Part shown: in pieces, positions 1-10,700 of the stretch
Numbering within the stretch: the stretch's first letter is position 1
How the letters are laid out: each line of letters opens with the position of its first letter
Assembly: GCA_040437565.1 (NCBI GenBank)
Contig: JBDOQK010000051.1
Span: 1-64,000, forward strand
Direction: 5' to 3'
Length of the DNA stretch: 64,000 bases
DNA from: Albugo candida
Lineage: Eukaryota
Program-made: the position numbers and the translations under genes
Notes under the pieces: model-generated
What the model saw: only the letters and a program-made list of their open reading frames with translations
Database searches by the model: none
What the model was told of the DNA's origin: nothing

Positions 1-280
1 TCCTAGTCGCCTTCATGAATAGTTCACTTTTGAGATATATATCTTTCACATCCTGTGAATAATGAGCTTCTGAGAGATCACCGACATCGGCATCCTCATC
101 ATCCAAAAAGGCATCATTTTTCTTCGCCAAATATAGAATCAGTCGATCGGCGGGGAAGCTATACATTTTCTTCTTCGCTATCTCATCTTTCAAAAAACTG
201 ACTAGCTTATTATCATAAATTTCAACAGCGAAGATGCTCCCCTCACCAGCAATAAGACACGTGAGGGTCAACGCCACCAT
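1..280 (-). CDS. CRN: Crinkler (CRN) family effector, N-terminal part (runs off window edge)
   Basis: Manual translation from ATG at 280: MVALTLTCLIAGEGSIFAVEIYDNKLVSFLKDEIAKKKMYSFPADRLILYLAKKNDAFLDDED..., open to base 1. Matches the CRN N-terminal pattern with the LxLFLAK-type motif LILYLAK (LYLAK at 122-136). Absent from the ORF track because its stop is outside the window. Confidence 0.9.
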   Translation of the reverse strand, partial: MVALTLTCLIAGEGSIFAVEIYDNKLVSFLKDEIAKKKMYSFPADRLILYLAKKNDAFLDDEDADVGDLSEAHYSQDVKDIYLKSELFMKATR

Positions 281-637
281 TGCTTCTTTTCTTCTATGCG
301 AAAAATCAAAGCTGTACCGTGAAATATCACAGATAATACATCTCTTGCCAAACTGGTGTCAATTTTGACTAACGTAGAGTATCATACTCCGTAGACTGGG
401 AGTCCCCGAGGAGAATCAGAAAAGTTTGAAAAAAATCCCCAGGATCAACATAGGGCGCGATGAGACTGGATTATATTGAGACGAAATATGAGAGCATTAT
501 TGGCTTTAATCAAATCCAAACTAATTGATAAATGTATCATCTCCCAGTAATTATACGTTTCGAAAATAATCATCGAATCTAACTAGTGTGCAAATATATC
601 TTATTAGACGGAAAAACTGGAATGGGCAACAAAGTTC

Positions 638-975
638 CAGCCTGTCCGCTGACGTAATGAAGGACAGTGGTGCAAGCTTACTCGTACGATCTGACAGTGT
701 AGCTTAGATGGGATGATCGTGAGTATCGTACAGGCTATGTACCGCACGCGTTAAACATATCACCACAAATACTCGAGATGATTCAATCTACGAATATGCC
801 ATCACGTGGTTGTGAACCTGGCAGCTTATGTACTTTTATGCAATGAAGAACGTGTTTGCCATGATAGTCTTGGTAGCTATCGAGAGAGAGACGGGGAGAT
901 TTGCATACCGATGCACTAGCTAAAGTAGACAGTGATGTTGCACCACTATCCTCCCTCACGTCAGCAGACAGACTG
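638..975. mobile_element. MITE with 38-bp imperfect TIRs, Tc1/mariner-like CAG...CTG ends
   Basis: 638-675 (cagcctgtccgctgacgtaatgaaggacagtggtgcaa) is the reverse complement of 938-975 with about 6 mismatches. The right end is followed by TA; the left flank is TC. No ORF inside. Confidence 0.7.
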
Positions 976-1050
976 TAAATTCGTTGCCATTTAAGCCTTT
1001 TCGTCTAAATAATATGTTTTTCCACGCTATATACGAAAGGAATATTTTTA

Positions 1051-1584
1051 GCGAACCGTCAAAATCCCCTCAGTTTGATATGATTGGCTAAGGATTAGAT
1101 GCTTCAGCTACTGCAAGTTGAACCAGTATCTCTGCAACTGCGTGGGATGCCATCTGAATCGACCCGAAGGAATCAACCATCTGCATCATCGACGCAAAGA
1201 ATTCGTCGGAATTTGAGCTCTTTACAGCAGCCCTGGATGCACCCATGCAAATGGATTTGGCCGTTCAGGAGGGTACGATACAACACACGAAGATGTCAAA
1301 GTGCAACAACAGGACCCATGGGACTCAGTTTACAAAATCAAATATTTTTGTGTTATGAACAAACCGTGAACTATGAAATAGTCTAAAAAGAATGATCACA
1401 AAAGAACGAAGGCGAACGCGAACTAAATTAAATGATTGCGAATCGAGCGCAAAATAGTTAACGTCGAAAAGGAGCGGGCAGTTGGATCATATTAACGTAT
1501 TGACCCTTGCCTAGGCGTACGTTAGCACTTTGGAAGCATAAAATTTCCCAATCATATCAAACTGAGGGGATTTTAACAGTTCCC
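1051..1584. mobile_element. Non-autonomous Mutator-like element (MITE), 37-bp TIRs, 8-bp TSD
   Basis: 1051-1087 and 1548-1584 are inverted repeats with 3 mismatches. Flanks are tattttta (1043-1050) and tattatta (1585-1592). The GGGAAC-type end resembles the MULE at 39133. Confidence 0.8.
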
Positions 1585-2146
1585 TATTATTATAAAATTA
1601 GTCCCCAAGAAGCTCAACCCAAACGAGGAGAACAACTTCTTGGATTAACTTTCTAAGTTTTGGATGTCAAATCATTGTCAGTGATTTGACTACTTGTCTC
1701 GCGTTTGGAATTTCACATTAAAGCCGCATGATTCGCCTTCGTGGTATTCGCTTTCGATCTAGCATGTGCCGTAAACCAGAAATGGTTTGATAAACAAGAC
1801 GTATGAATGGCAATTGAGCACAAATGATCTCTGACGTCACTTCTTTGCCGAACGCGTAGTTCAAACGTCCATATTTTCCCGATAAAAAAAATCGTTTCTC
1901 TGATAGAGAAATGTGAATCGCCTTGCGAATAGAAGTGTACAAGTCATTCCAAATGGTATAAACACGCTCATGACGATGTATAATCGAATTACTTCCCAAA
2001 CGCTCGACACGAACAGCGACGTCAAAGTCTTTGTAATCTACTTCCTGGGAGGTTAAAACTTGGACAAAAAGCTCCAGAAAACCAGCCATAAAGAACTCAA
2101 GTATATTTTACAAGTGTTTTGCACTTGAACAGTACAACTACAGCTA

Positions 2147-3514
2147 TCACCTTCCCATTCCGCCCACTTTGACATCTCCGTCCTTCCTGGACCAAATGGC
2201 ACCTCGCGTCGTATTAGAGCACGTCCGAGCACCTGCTTTGAAACCACATGCACTTGAATGAGAATTCGTACACCGGAAATCAACCGACTTTCTCGACTGA
2301 GGCGAGGAAGGATGGCCAGGTTTGGATGGAGATGAAAGGGGTAGAGCAGGAAGTCTCATCCCCAATTGACGCTCTAAAAGTCTTCGATTCTCAATACGCT
2401 CGATACTGTTGCAGAGCTCCGGTCTTCTCCCTACTTTCAGTCGATCATGTCTGAGTTTTTCAAGTAGTGCTTGCATCGCATCCATTGCTTCATCTGCCCA
2501 GACTTCAATAGCTCCCATTGGATGCGAGATTGAGGAGGTGTCTCCGTCCTTATCTAAAGCTCTTCTGGAAGCCATTTCCTCGATGCTTTGATTGAGAAAC
2601 ATCACAATCTCGTTCTTTTGAGCAAGCCAATATTCTCGCTCATCTTTTAATGCGATGAGTGCTGTTTCAACTTCTTTCAACTGTGACTGTGATTCTTTAT
2701 GGTCGATTACCGTCAAAACATTGGAATTTCTTTGAGTCTGATCGATCGGACTGATAGGATGCGCCTGTGTGAAAGCAGCTTTCTCATGCAAGTGAGCGAC
2801 CATTTTCTGTGAAAAAAACAGCTGTCTCGATATTTCTACTTCATTCAATTCCAAAACGCGTATTTGTTTCTTCCATTCTTGACTCTTCATCTCGAAATTT
2901 CGGATACAAAGTAAAAGCTTTTCTATCTCAAGCGATTGATACGTTATTTCTGCTTTCAACGACACGTTCTCTGCCAAAAGTTGTATCGGATCATTTTTCG
3001 ACTCTTTTGATACATTTGGAACAACGATATCAATCCGATGGTACTTGCGATTTCGAAAGCACAATTTCTCAATTGTGTGATCCAACTCGATTTTATTTTG
3101 ACAGTTTTGACGCATAAACTGATTTTCAAGGTCCTCCGTCCTCATGCACGCCATTTCCTTGTATTTCTCTATCCTCTCCACATCGGACATCAGCCTCTTG
3201 ATAAATCGATCACGATCTTCAGCCAACAGCTCGAGTTCCTTGACCTGATCTTCAAGTTTACATCTCGTTGTCTTCTGCTCCTCAATCACATATTCCAACT
3301 CGGAAATTCTTTCTTGCTGCTCGTCATGTTGTCGTTGGAAATACCCAAACAATTCTTCCTTGTCCTGAACAAGTATTTCAACCTGCTCCTTCATATCAGA
3401 ATTCGATGCGGCAAGCTGCTCATTCAAAAGTCGGACTTCTTCCCATTGCTTTTTTTGTACGGCGAGATCAAAATCAATCGATGTCGAAACACTCCTATCG
3501 GCAATTTTATCCAT
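2147..3514 (-). CDS. Coiled-coil hypothetical protein; may be spliced onward to coding sequence ending at 1718
   Basis: 455-aa ORF rich in E/Q/K/L heptads. Same-strand ORFs 2053-2283 and 1718-2089 and candidate GT-AG pairs suggest further 3' exons, but these were not resolved. Confidence 0.75.
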   Translation of the reverse strand: MDKIADRSVSTSIDFDLAVQKKQWEEVRLLNEQLAASNSDMKEQVEILVQDKEELFGYFQRQHDEQQERISELEYVIEEQKTTRCKLEDQVKELELLAEDRDRFIKRLMSDVERIEKYKEMACMRTEDLENQFMRQNCQNKIELDHTIEKLCFRNRKYHRIDIVVPNVSKESKNDPIQLLAENVSLKAEITYQSLEIEKLLLCIRNFEMKSQEWKKQIRVLELNEVEISRQLFFSQKMVAHLHEKAAFTQAHPISPIDQTQRNSNVLTVIDHKESQSQLKEVETALIALKDEREYWLAQKNEIVMFLNQSIEEMASRRALDKDGDTSSISHPMGAIEVWADEAMDAMQALLEKLRHDRLKVGRRPELCNSIERIENRRLLERQLGMRLPALPLSSPSKPGHPSSPQSRKSVDFRCTNSHSSACGFKAGARTCSNTTRGAIWSRKDGDVKVGGMGR

Positions 3515-3611
3515 TAATCCGTCCTCCCCACTCCCATTCGATCGTCCATTCTTCCAAAAAAGTCATATCACTCGCAGTCTTATTATCTGAAAATAGACTT
3601 CCACAAATACT

Positions 3612-5930
3612 TTACGACCCATAACAACATCGAAACAACCGCTGCCAAACGTGTCCGGCGCTAAACCAAGCTGCATTCGTTTTCCCGACGATGCGTTTCG
3701 AATGAGCAGATGTCATTCCGTAACACGAATTCCGTTTCCGAATTCGACGATTCCGAAAAGAATGACTCGAATCGAACTCTTCATCCGTTCGCGAGTCCAT
3801 TGACCATTGACATCGTTCTTCTCTCATTTTCTTCTTTGCGGTCTTACGCGCTCGTAACGCATTCCTTCGACGTCGTTGCATTCGACGGTACTCGCCACTG
3901 AACCCGTTTGAAATATATTCGCGTTCCTCAGCGCTTATAGAAGCAGTTGTCGTTCGTGTGGTTGTCGCCGAGCTCGCAAACGATGAAGAAGTACGACACA
4001 TCAGATCATCCGCACCACTACTGTCGCTATCATACGCATCCGAATCATCACTGGTCTCCTTCCGTCTGCGTCGACATCGAGACGGTCGACTCGAGTCCAC
4101 GATATCGTCTTCGGACAGAGCAAATTCTTCTCCGAGAACTTCCGATACCGTAACTGACTTTGAAAATGTATTTCTCGCTTCAATTCCGCTTCGATGAGTA
4201 GACTTTTTAATCGCATTTCCAAATGGCATTTCATATTCGGGTGCAGCTGTTCCTCCCGCTTTATATCGAATCCGATCCTCTTCAGCGTCTTCCTTGTCAT
4301 TCCCATCGGATTTCGAATGCACCAGTACAGGCAAACCAAGCCACTTGCAGATCTCATTACATCGATGTGTCTGTAGGAATTTCTCCATTCCGATCGTACC
4401 GAGATTCCCGGCCCCAAAACCTCGTCCATCAAACGTATGAATCTGAGGATCCGTGTAGCTGTCATGGACTCCCTGGATATCTACGACCATCAGACGATAA
4501 TCGGACGCCACAAATGTAAAGTGAGAGAACGCCTGCGGCGTATTTCGCTCTCTTTCTTCGGTCGCGGAAGTAGTGTGGCCCACAAATCCATTGTTATTAC
4601 TGTACTTCACATAAGCTCCCGGGAGGTATTCCTCCACACAACAAACGACTCCATCGCGGTCTTTGAGCTTTAGCAGCCACGATTGCGCGTAGTCCACCTT
4701 CAAGGGAGGCTCATGTTCGTTGTAGAGACGGGCGTAGTGAGCACAGACGGCTTGCATTTCGACATCGCTGAGATATGTGCTAACGTCCGCGGATTGGATC
4801 ATAAATTTAGCCACTAATAACTGAGTATTGGGCTCGGTGTCATCGGTCTCGTTGGGGCTGGATGAACCGGTTAAATCTTGAAGGTAATATGCATTCCGAA
4901 GTTGACCAGTGGCAAATGGGACGACATCAATTTTCACGTTGGTGGACATGGAGTGCCATTCTAATGTATCGACATCAAAGCTGAGTTTCTCGGCATGTTC
5001 AGAGAGAATCCGCTTGAATTCCGGAGGATTGTGTGGGATGACAACGTGCATAAGCGGCTGCAACATGGCCGGGGAATTCACTGTACTTTGAGGTAACTTT
5101 CGTACGACATTCACATCCAATAGTGCAGAATGATGGTTGGGAAATTTGGGATCCGCACTCGTTCCAGTCATTTCATTGATTAATTGCGTTTTTCGTGCTT
5201 CATACTCGTCTTGATTGAGATGACCTGCATCTAATAATAATTTGAGCGTATTGAGTTTCTCGAACGCGTTTCGGGTACCACCATGCGAAGGTGGCATACA
5301 GCTCGCCTTCATCGCTCCCGTGCTTTTTCGATTCGCGCAACCCGACACTGACGGAGCATTTTTAGACGTGGAAGATGAAACTCCAGATTCTCTGAAACGG
5401 CGTTTCTTAGTGGAGGAGACGGAGATGGATGGATTGCTGGAAGACGAGGAAGAAAAGGATGCTGCAGATGGAATGGATGCGACATTCACGCCGGAAAATG
5501 TGTCGTTCGACGTGGATTCGCGCAACATTGCGCGCTCCATAACTTTTTTCAGAGGCGCCGGCTGGGACAAGGCGCCATGTTCCGGTATACTGAATCGTTG
5601 TGGGTTACGCGTAACTTTGTTCGTGTGGAAGAGTACCGTAGGAAGCAAATTGGTTTGTCGTGGATTTTTAGCGCGGAGTGGTAATGATGTGTGAGTAGTA
5701 GTTGTACTCGCATGTCGATGCATGAATAGATGTGATTGGGCGACTGGTTTAGTAGATCGTGAGGGTTTTGACGTACGATGACGAGAGGAAGCGAGCTGGT
5801 GTACCAAAGGACGGACTGGTGTATCAAAGGTGTTTTTATTACACGACATTGAAGAAACCCTAGTCCGTTTCTGGGATGGTGTCGCATGTTGTTGCGCGAA
5901 AGATACTGGATTGTCACTTGAAGTATGCAT
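3612..5930 (-). CDS. Alpha-kinase (eEF2K/MHCK type) with an upstream SHOCT-like helical motif
   Basis: 772-aa ORF with FATGQLRNAY, LVAKF, DVEMQ, EEYLPGAYVKYSNNNG, PQAFSHFTF, VVDIQGV, YTDPQIH, FGAGNLG and the Zn site HRCNEIC. LNTLKLLLDAGHLNQDEYEARKTQLI resembles SHOCT. Confidence 0.92.
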   Translation of the reverse strand: MHTSSDNPVSFAQQHATPSQKRTRVSSMSCNKNTFDTPVRPLVHQLASSRHRTSKPSRSTKPVAQSHLFMHRHASTTTTHTSLPLRAKNPRQTNLLPTVLFHTNKVTRNPQRFSIPEHGALSQPAPLKKVMERAMLRESTSNDTFSGVNVASIPSAASFSSSSSSNPSISVSSTKKRRFRESGVSSSTSKNAPSVSGCANRKSTGAMKASCMPPSHGGTRNAFEKLNTLKLLLDAGHLNQDEYEARKTQLINEMTGTSADPKFPNHHSALLDVNVVRKLPQSTVNSPAMLQPLMHVVIPHNPPEFKRILSEHAEKLSFDVDTLEWHSMSTNVKIDVVPFATGQLRNAYYLQDLTGSSSPNETDDTEPNTQLLVAKFMIQSADVSTYLSDVEMQAVCAHYARLYNEHEPPLKVDYAQSWLLKLKDRDGVVCCVEEYLPGAYVKYSNNNGFVGHTTSATEERERNTPQAFSHFTFVASDYRLMVVDIQGVHDSYTDPQIHTFDGRGFGAGNLGTIGMEKFLQTHRCNEICKWLGLPVLVHSKSDGNDKEDAEEDRIRYKAGGTAAPEYEMPFGNAIKKSTHRSGIEARNTFSKSVTVSEVLGEEFALSEDDIVDSSRPSRCRRRRKETSDDSDAYDSDSSGADDLMCRTSSSFASSATTTRTTTASISAEEREYISNGFSGEYRRMQRRRRNALRARKTAKKKMREERCQWSMDSRTDEEFDSSHSFRNRRIRKRNSCYGMTSAHSKRIVGKTNAAWFSAGHVWQRLFRCCYGS

Positions 5931-6383
5931 GTACGAAAAGGGGAATGGTAAATTGCTAGTTCGGGAATTCGGTAATTTTCAAACAAAGCCAATGGGATGT
6001 TTGGTCAGTATACGCGTATCTGTCGTACTGGCTCTTTCGCGACGTTAGTTGACAATTTTTGACGCCACGACCACGTTTTTTAATATACAGTACACGTTTT
6101 TGTGTCAAATGTTTGCTTAATTGATGATTTTGATGGCGTGGAAAATTTAAGAGAAGACGGTATAAAAATCTTGCGATTTCTGTGTGTAAACTTTTTGTTT
6201 GGTCAAATGACTTGACGACCCTTTGTTTACATTTTTGTAATTTCTGGTGAAGTTTGTGTCAAACAGGGTTTAAAACACTCGACCATAAATGGTTTCCTAC
6301 ATACCACCACAGTGTCTACCTCAATACAAGGTGTAGGTTCTTTTTTTTTGTCGAAATGGTTACAGTGCGTGTCACTTTGGAAG

Positions 6384-7665
6384 ATGACGGTTCAAACTGC
6401 TTTGGGTTACGTCGCCCTCGTGTTAGCAATCCTCTTTTATGGTTCCTGCTACGTTCCGGCCAAGCGGTACCACACTTATGGTACATCCCACCCTATACAA
6501 AAACCTCCTTTCTGACTCGTGTGTTTGTGTAGACGGAATCATCTATCAATGGTTTATGTGCTCTGGTATTCTCATCACCGGTCTCGTGTGGGGACTCATC
6601 AGCAACGACTGGGTGCAATATGCGGAAGGAGGACTTTATGTATTTCCACAGGGCCTTTTAGGAGGCTCTTTATTCGCTATCGCCAATTTATTAATTCCCA
6701 CAGTGGTGAATACTTTAGGTCTAGGCGTAGGATTTATGTTATGGAACGGTATGAACATAACCATGGGGTACCTCATATCTCGATACGGGTTACTCGGGGT
6801 ACAATCCACGGTACCCCACCATCCTATTCTCGATACTTTTGGTATTCTGCTCATGATCGGTTCGATTGGCGTCTATGGCTTCATCCGACCGACACTAGCA
6901 ACCGATCCATCCGAAACATCCAATCTCTCCCAACCGCGCAAGGAACGCTCTCGTTCACGTCGATCGTATTCTAGCTCGGAAGGCTTTGATCTCGAAGACG
7001 ATAAATCCTCCAATAGCGTACCCCACACCAAATACACCATGAAACAAGCTCAAGATGAGACTTTCCAAGAAAGTCTCCTTCACCCTGAACTCCCTAATTA
7101 TGGCCCCTACGTCATTTCCGCCGATGTCTCCAAGCACATTGCTCTTATGGACGCCACCGCCAAACGAAAGCGCCAAATGGTCGGAACGGTATTGGCACTT
7201 GTTGTCGGAGCGATACTGAGCACATGTCTTATCCCATTCGTCCACTGGCAGCAAGATTGCGAGCCACACGATCGATCCAATGCAACTGTCATGGCGACCT
7301 GTAATCCCCTCAATTTCGTCTTCTCTCAATGTCTCGGCATCTACCTCACCAGTACCATTGCATTCCTCGTCTACTCCCTCTTCCATCGCTTTGTATGGCG
7401 TCGATCGATGCCGCGAAGTGTCATGAGACCCGCATACGTCTGCGGGGTCTTATGGGCGTTAGGCCTCACCGGTCAATTGTTTTCTGCGGGTGTCATTGGA
7501 TTCGATCAAGTCTACCCATTGTCGTCTATCGGCCCAGCAATCATCTCGATGCTTTGGTCGGCTTGTTACTTTAAAGAGATCCAAGGTCTTTTCAATCTTG
7601 TCATTCTCATCCTCGCAACGAGTATGGTGCTTTTGGGGACACTATTACGCGCGATCGCCGCTTGA
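6384..7665 (+). CDS. TMEM144: TMEM144 / DUF1632 (DMT superfamily) membrane transporter, 2 exons (6384-6480, 6533-7665), 409 aa
   Basis: A 52-nt intron GTACAT...CTGAC...TAG joins YGSCYVPAKRYHTY to DGIIYQWFMCSGIL in frame. Also has LGLGVG..LW, FVFSQCLGI, GP..ISMLWS..YFKEIQG and about 10 hydrophobic segments. Confidence 0.88.
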
Positions 7666-7714
7666 TATCTCCGTATGCAAAGGGCTAACGCGTAATATAT
7701 TGACACTTATCTCT

Positions 7715-10700
7715 TCACGTATGGACACGTTCTTCTTCCTTGAGCATTGGTTCCTTTTTCAACTCCATTTCGACTTGCGGTTGGTTCGGTAGAGAAGCTT
7801 TTCGTGGTCGTTTGATTTTAATCGGATCACACTCACATGTGTTTTGCAGATGGATGAGAATACGATCATATTCCATGTCGTGTTTCCCAGTGGGAATTCC
7901 CATTCGCGCGTGAAGAAGCGTCTGCATCATTGAAAATGGCGTGCACAAATTCATCACAGGAGCACGCGGTCTCACTGCAACTGTCCAAATACGAATTCGA
8001 CCGTGACGATGCGGTAGAGGCTCCACGATCCTCTCGTCTTGATCCCGCGTGATTCCGACATTCCATCGGACCACATATCGTCTCGCGGATTTCTCAACGT
8101 CCAAACTCTTACACCGATGAAAGCTGAACACATTATCTTCGACAATCACATTGCCCGCGTGGTACATCAATCGAATTCCAAATTGCCCGTTGCAAGTGAT
8201 TTTATTCTGTTTGATGATCGCATGTCCTTCCATGATCACAATGCCTGCACGTCGATTCGAACAGATCGTATTGTGGCGAATGATCACCTGACATTCCGAC
8301 TTTGCTATGAAAATGCCTGTGGATCCATTCACAATGCGATTTTGCAACAGACACAATCGCGTCGGAGACGTATTTGGACCCCATACGCCGATACACGCGT
8401 TCCCGTGAAGCCCGTTATCGAAATCGCAATACATTACAACAAGTCGACCGGAAACGGAGACGAGATGTTGCCATGGAACAACACTCGTTGTATCGATTTC
8501 TGTTCTCCGTGTGAGATGGAAACCCTGGAGAAGACCGCCATTCGCACGCCAATACAATTGAGCGCGCGGGGAACGCATCACTATCTCGACATGCGCGTCG
8601 TGAGCGGCAATCAGACGGATAGGACGTGTGATGGTCAATGGTTTCTCGAGCTCGTAGACACCCGAAGCGAATATCAATGTGACGCCTATTGGAGCTGATG
8701 CAATCTCATGTTGCCACGCATCTGTGACGTGAATTCTCCGATTCAATTGCATGTTATTGGCCGCGGAATTCCACCAACGACACACGAGACGTACGGATTG
8801 AATACGATCAGGAAATGCATGGAGATACCGAAGAATTCCAAGCATTACGTGAGATGGAAGTCCTGCGTATCGATACGTCTGCGCGTGTTTCCATTGCTCC
8901 ATTTCAATGAGAATCGATGGAGGATCCCATACCGCTTGTTTGGTGTCGCTGTTGTAATAGAAGCGATGGTGTGTGTCTTTACATCGCATCAATTCCCACG
9001 CAGCGCCGGTCATTTGTCGTTTCCGACGCTCAAAATGCACATCCGATCGTTTCCGTTTAAACAATTCGCAATACGACTCGATTCCCTTCCGATCATCGAT
9101 TCCCGCAATCAGATCGCCTTGTGCGATCAATTGGGAATCTCTCAACGCTTTGGCTTGTTCCATACGTTCGATATCGCAATTCCGATCGTGTGCTTGCGTT
9201 TCCATTTCATTTTCGAGTGTTTGGAGACACATTGGTGTCATCGCTTTACGGAATGCCAACGCGTATCGATGGACGCGTGTCAATGCATTCTCCACACGTA
9301 TCAGTACATTGGCTTCCGTGTGCGTCTCATTCTTATCGGAATCGATACTTTCGTCTTGGAATTCCATTTCTTCTTCAAGCGCTTGCTCTTTTGCATCACG
9401 CATTGCAACCACATCGTCTTCGTCCTCGATTGTCGCCATGAACCGCTCGACCTCATCACTGCTGGGAGCGTGTACGTCATCGATATTCGATTCCTTCCCA
9501 TGGACCAATTGCCGGAGATTCGCCGCAGAGAAGAATTCCGTTGTAAAGTGTCCTTTGGTCATCACTAAAGTCTCGAGATTTCGCTTCTGTTGCGCTTTAC
9601 GGAGAATGTTTTCTTCGACGGTGGATTCAGTGACCAAACGATAGATATGCACCTCACGTGTTTGTCCGATACGATGTGCGCGATCTTGTGCCTGAGCATC
9701 CATTGCGGGATTCCAATCCGAGTCGTAAAAGATCACTGTGTCAGCGCCTGTGAGATTGATTCCAAGACCTCCACTTCGTGTGGACAGAATGAAGCAAAAA
9801 ATCGATGGATCATGGTTGAATTTCTCCATTAGCATCTGACGCTTCTCGACGCGTGTGCTTCCATCGAGTCGAAAGTATGTGTGCCTACAAAGAGCGTCAG
9901 GAAGAAGACGAAAGCCTGACAAAAGCCTTACCCGTGAAGGTTGAGAAATTGTTCCAATATATTAAGCATCGACGTCATTTGCGTAAAGATCAGACATCGA
10001 TGCTTCCCGCGACGTAATTGTCGCAATAATTGATCCAATTGTTGCAATTTTCCACAATCAAATTGGATCAATTTTTTGTCGGGAAAATTTAATTGCGTCC
10101 GTGAAAATATTTCGTCATACGGCTGCAACAATTTCTTTGCAATTGGATGCAGCGATTGTGTCTCTTTCCATTGACGTCGACGCTCCGAACGCATCAGTGA
10201 GCCTTTGTGTTTCTTCCCAAAATACTGAACCATTGGAACACGCGCGCGAGCTTTTGGGACCACACAAACGCCAAATGTACCGATGGATTCCGTCACTTTA
10301 CGAATTCTCTCTTCGGGCGATACGATAAGCGATCTCCATACGTCGCTTTGACGCTGCCAATGATCGATTTCCGACTTGGGATTCCATCGTGCTCGATGGA
10401 CTTGCATTGCGATTGAAATAAGGTTCGGCATCGATACAAGTCGTATTTGATCGTATCCAAACGCTGGCGGAAGACTCAATCGATGGAAATGGCGATAGAT
10501 CGCTTCGACAGATCGCTTCCTCTGGTTCCTATCTTCGTCCTCTGCGTAGACGATCCTCTCCATCCATTCCATTTCAACAGACTTTCTCGTGGATGCCACA
10601 TACAAATCTTCTACAAATAAATCATTTCGTCGGATCCAACGTTCCTTGGACTCTTCGATTTCCTTGTCGACGATATTCCCCGACATATACGGCATCTTCC

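Noticed and set aside
1099-1386. 95-aa ORF
   Set aside because: Lies inside the MULE-type MITE; at most a transposase remnant.
6439-6532. N-terminus of the 408-aa ORF in the track
   Set aside because: It reads through an intron in the wrong frame; the supported start is the ATG at 6384.
8039-9644. Long plus-strand ORFs (219, 286 and 223 aa) opposite SWR1
   Set aside because: Antisense shadows of a well-supported coding strand, with no recognisable motifs.
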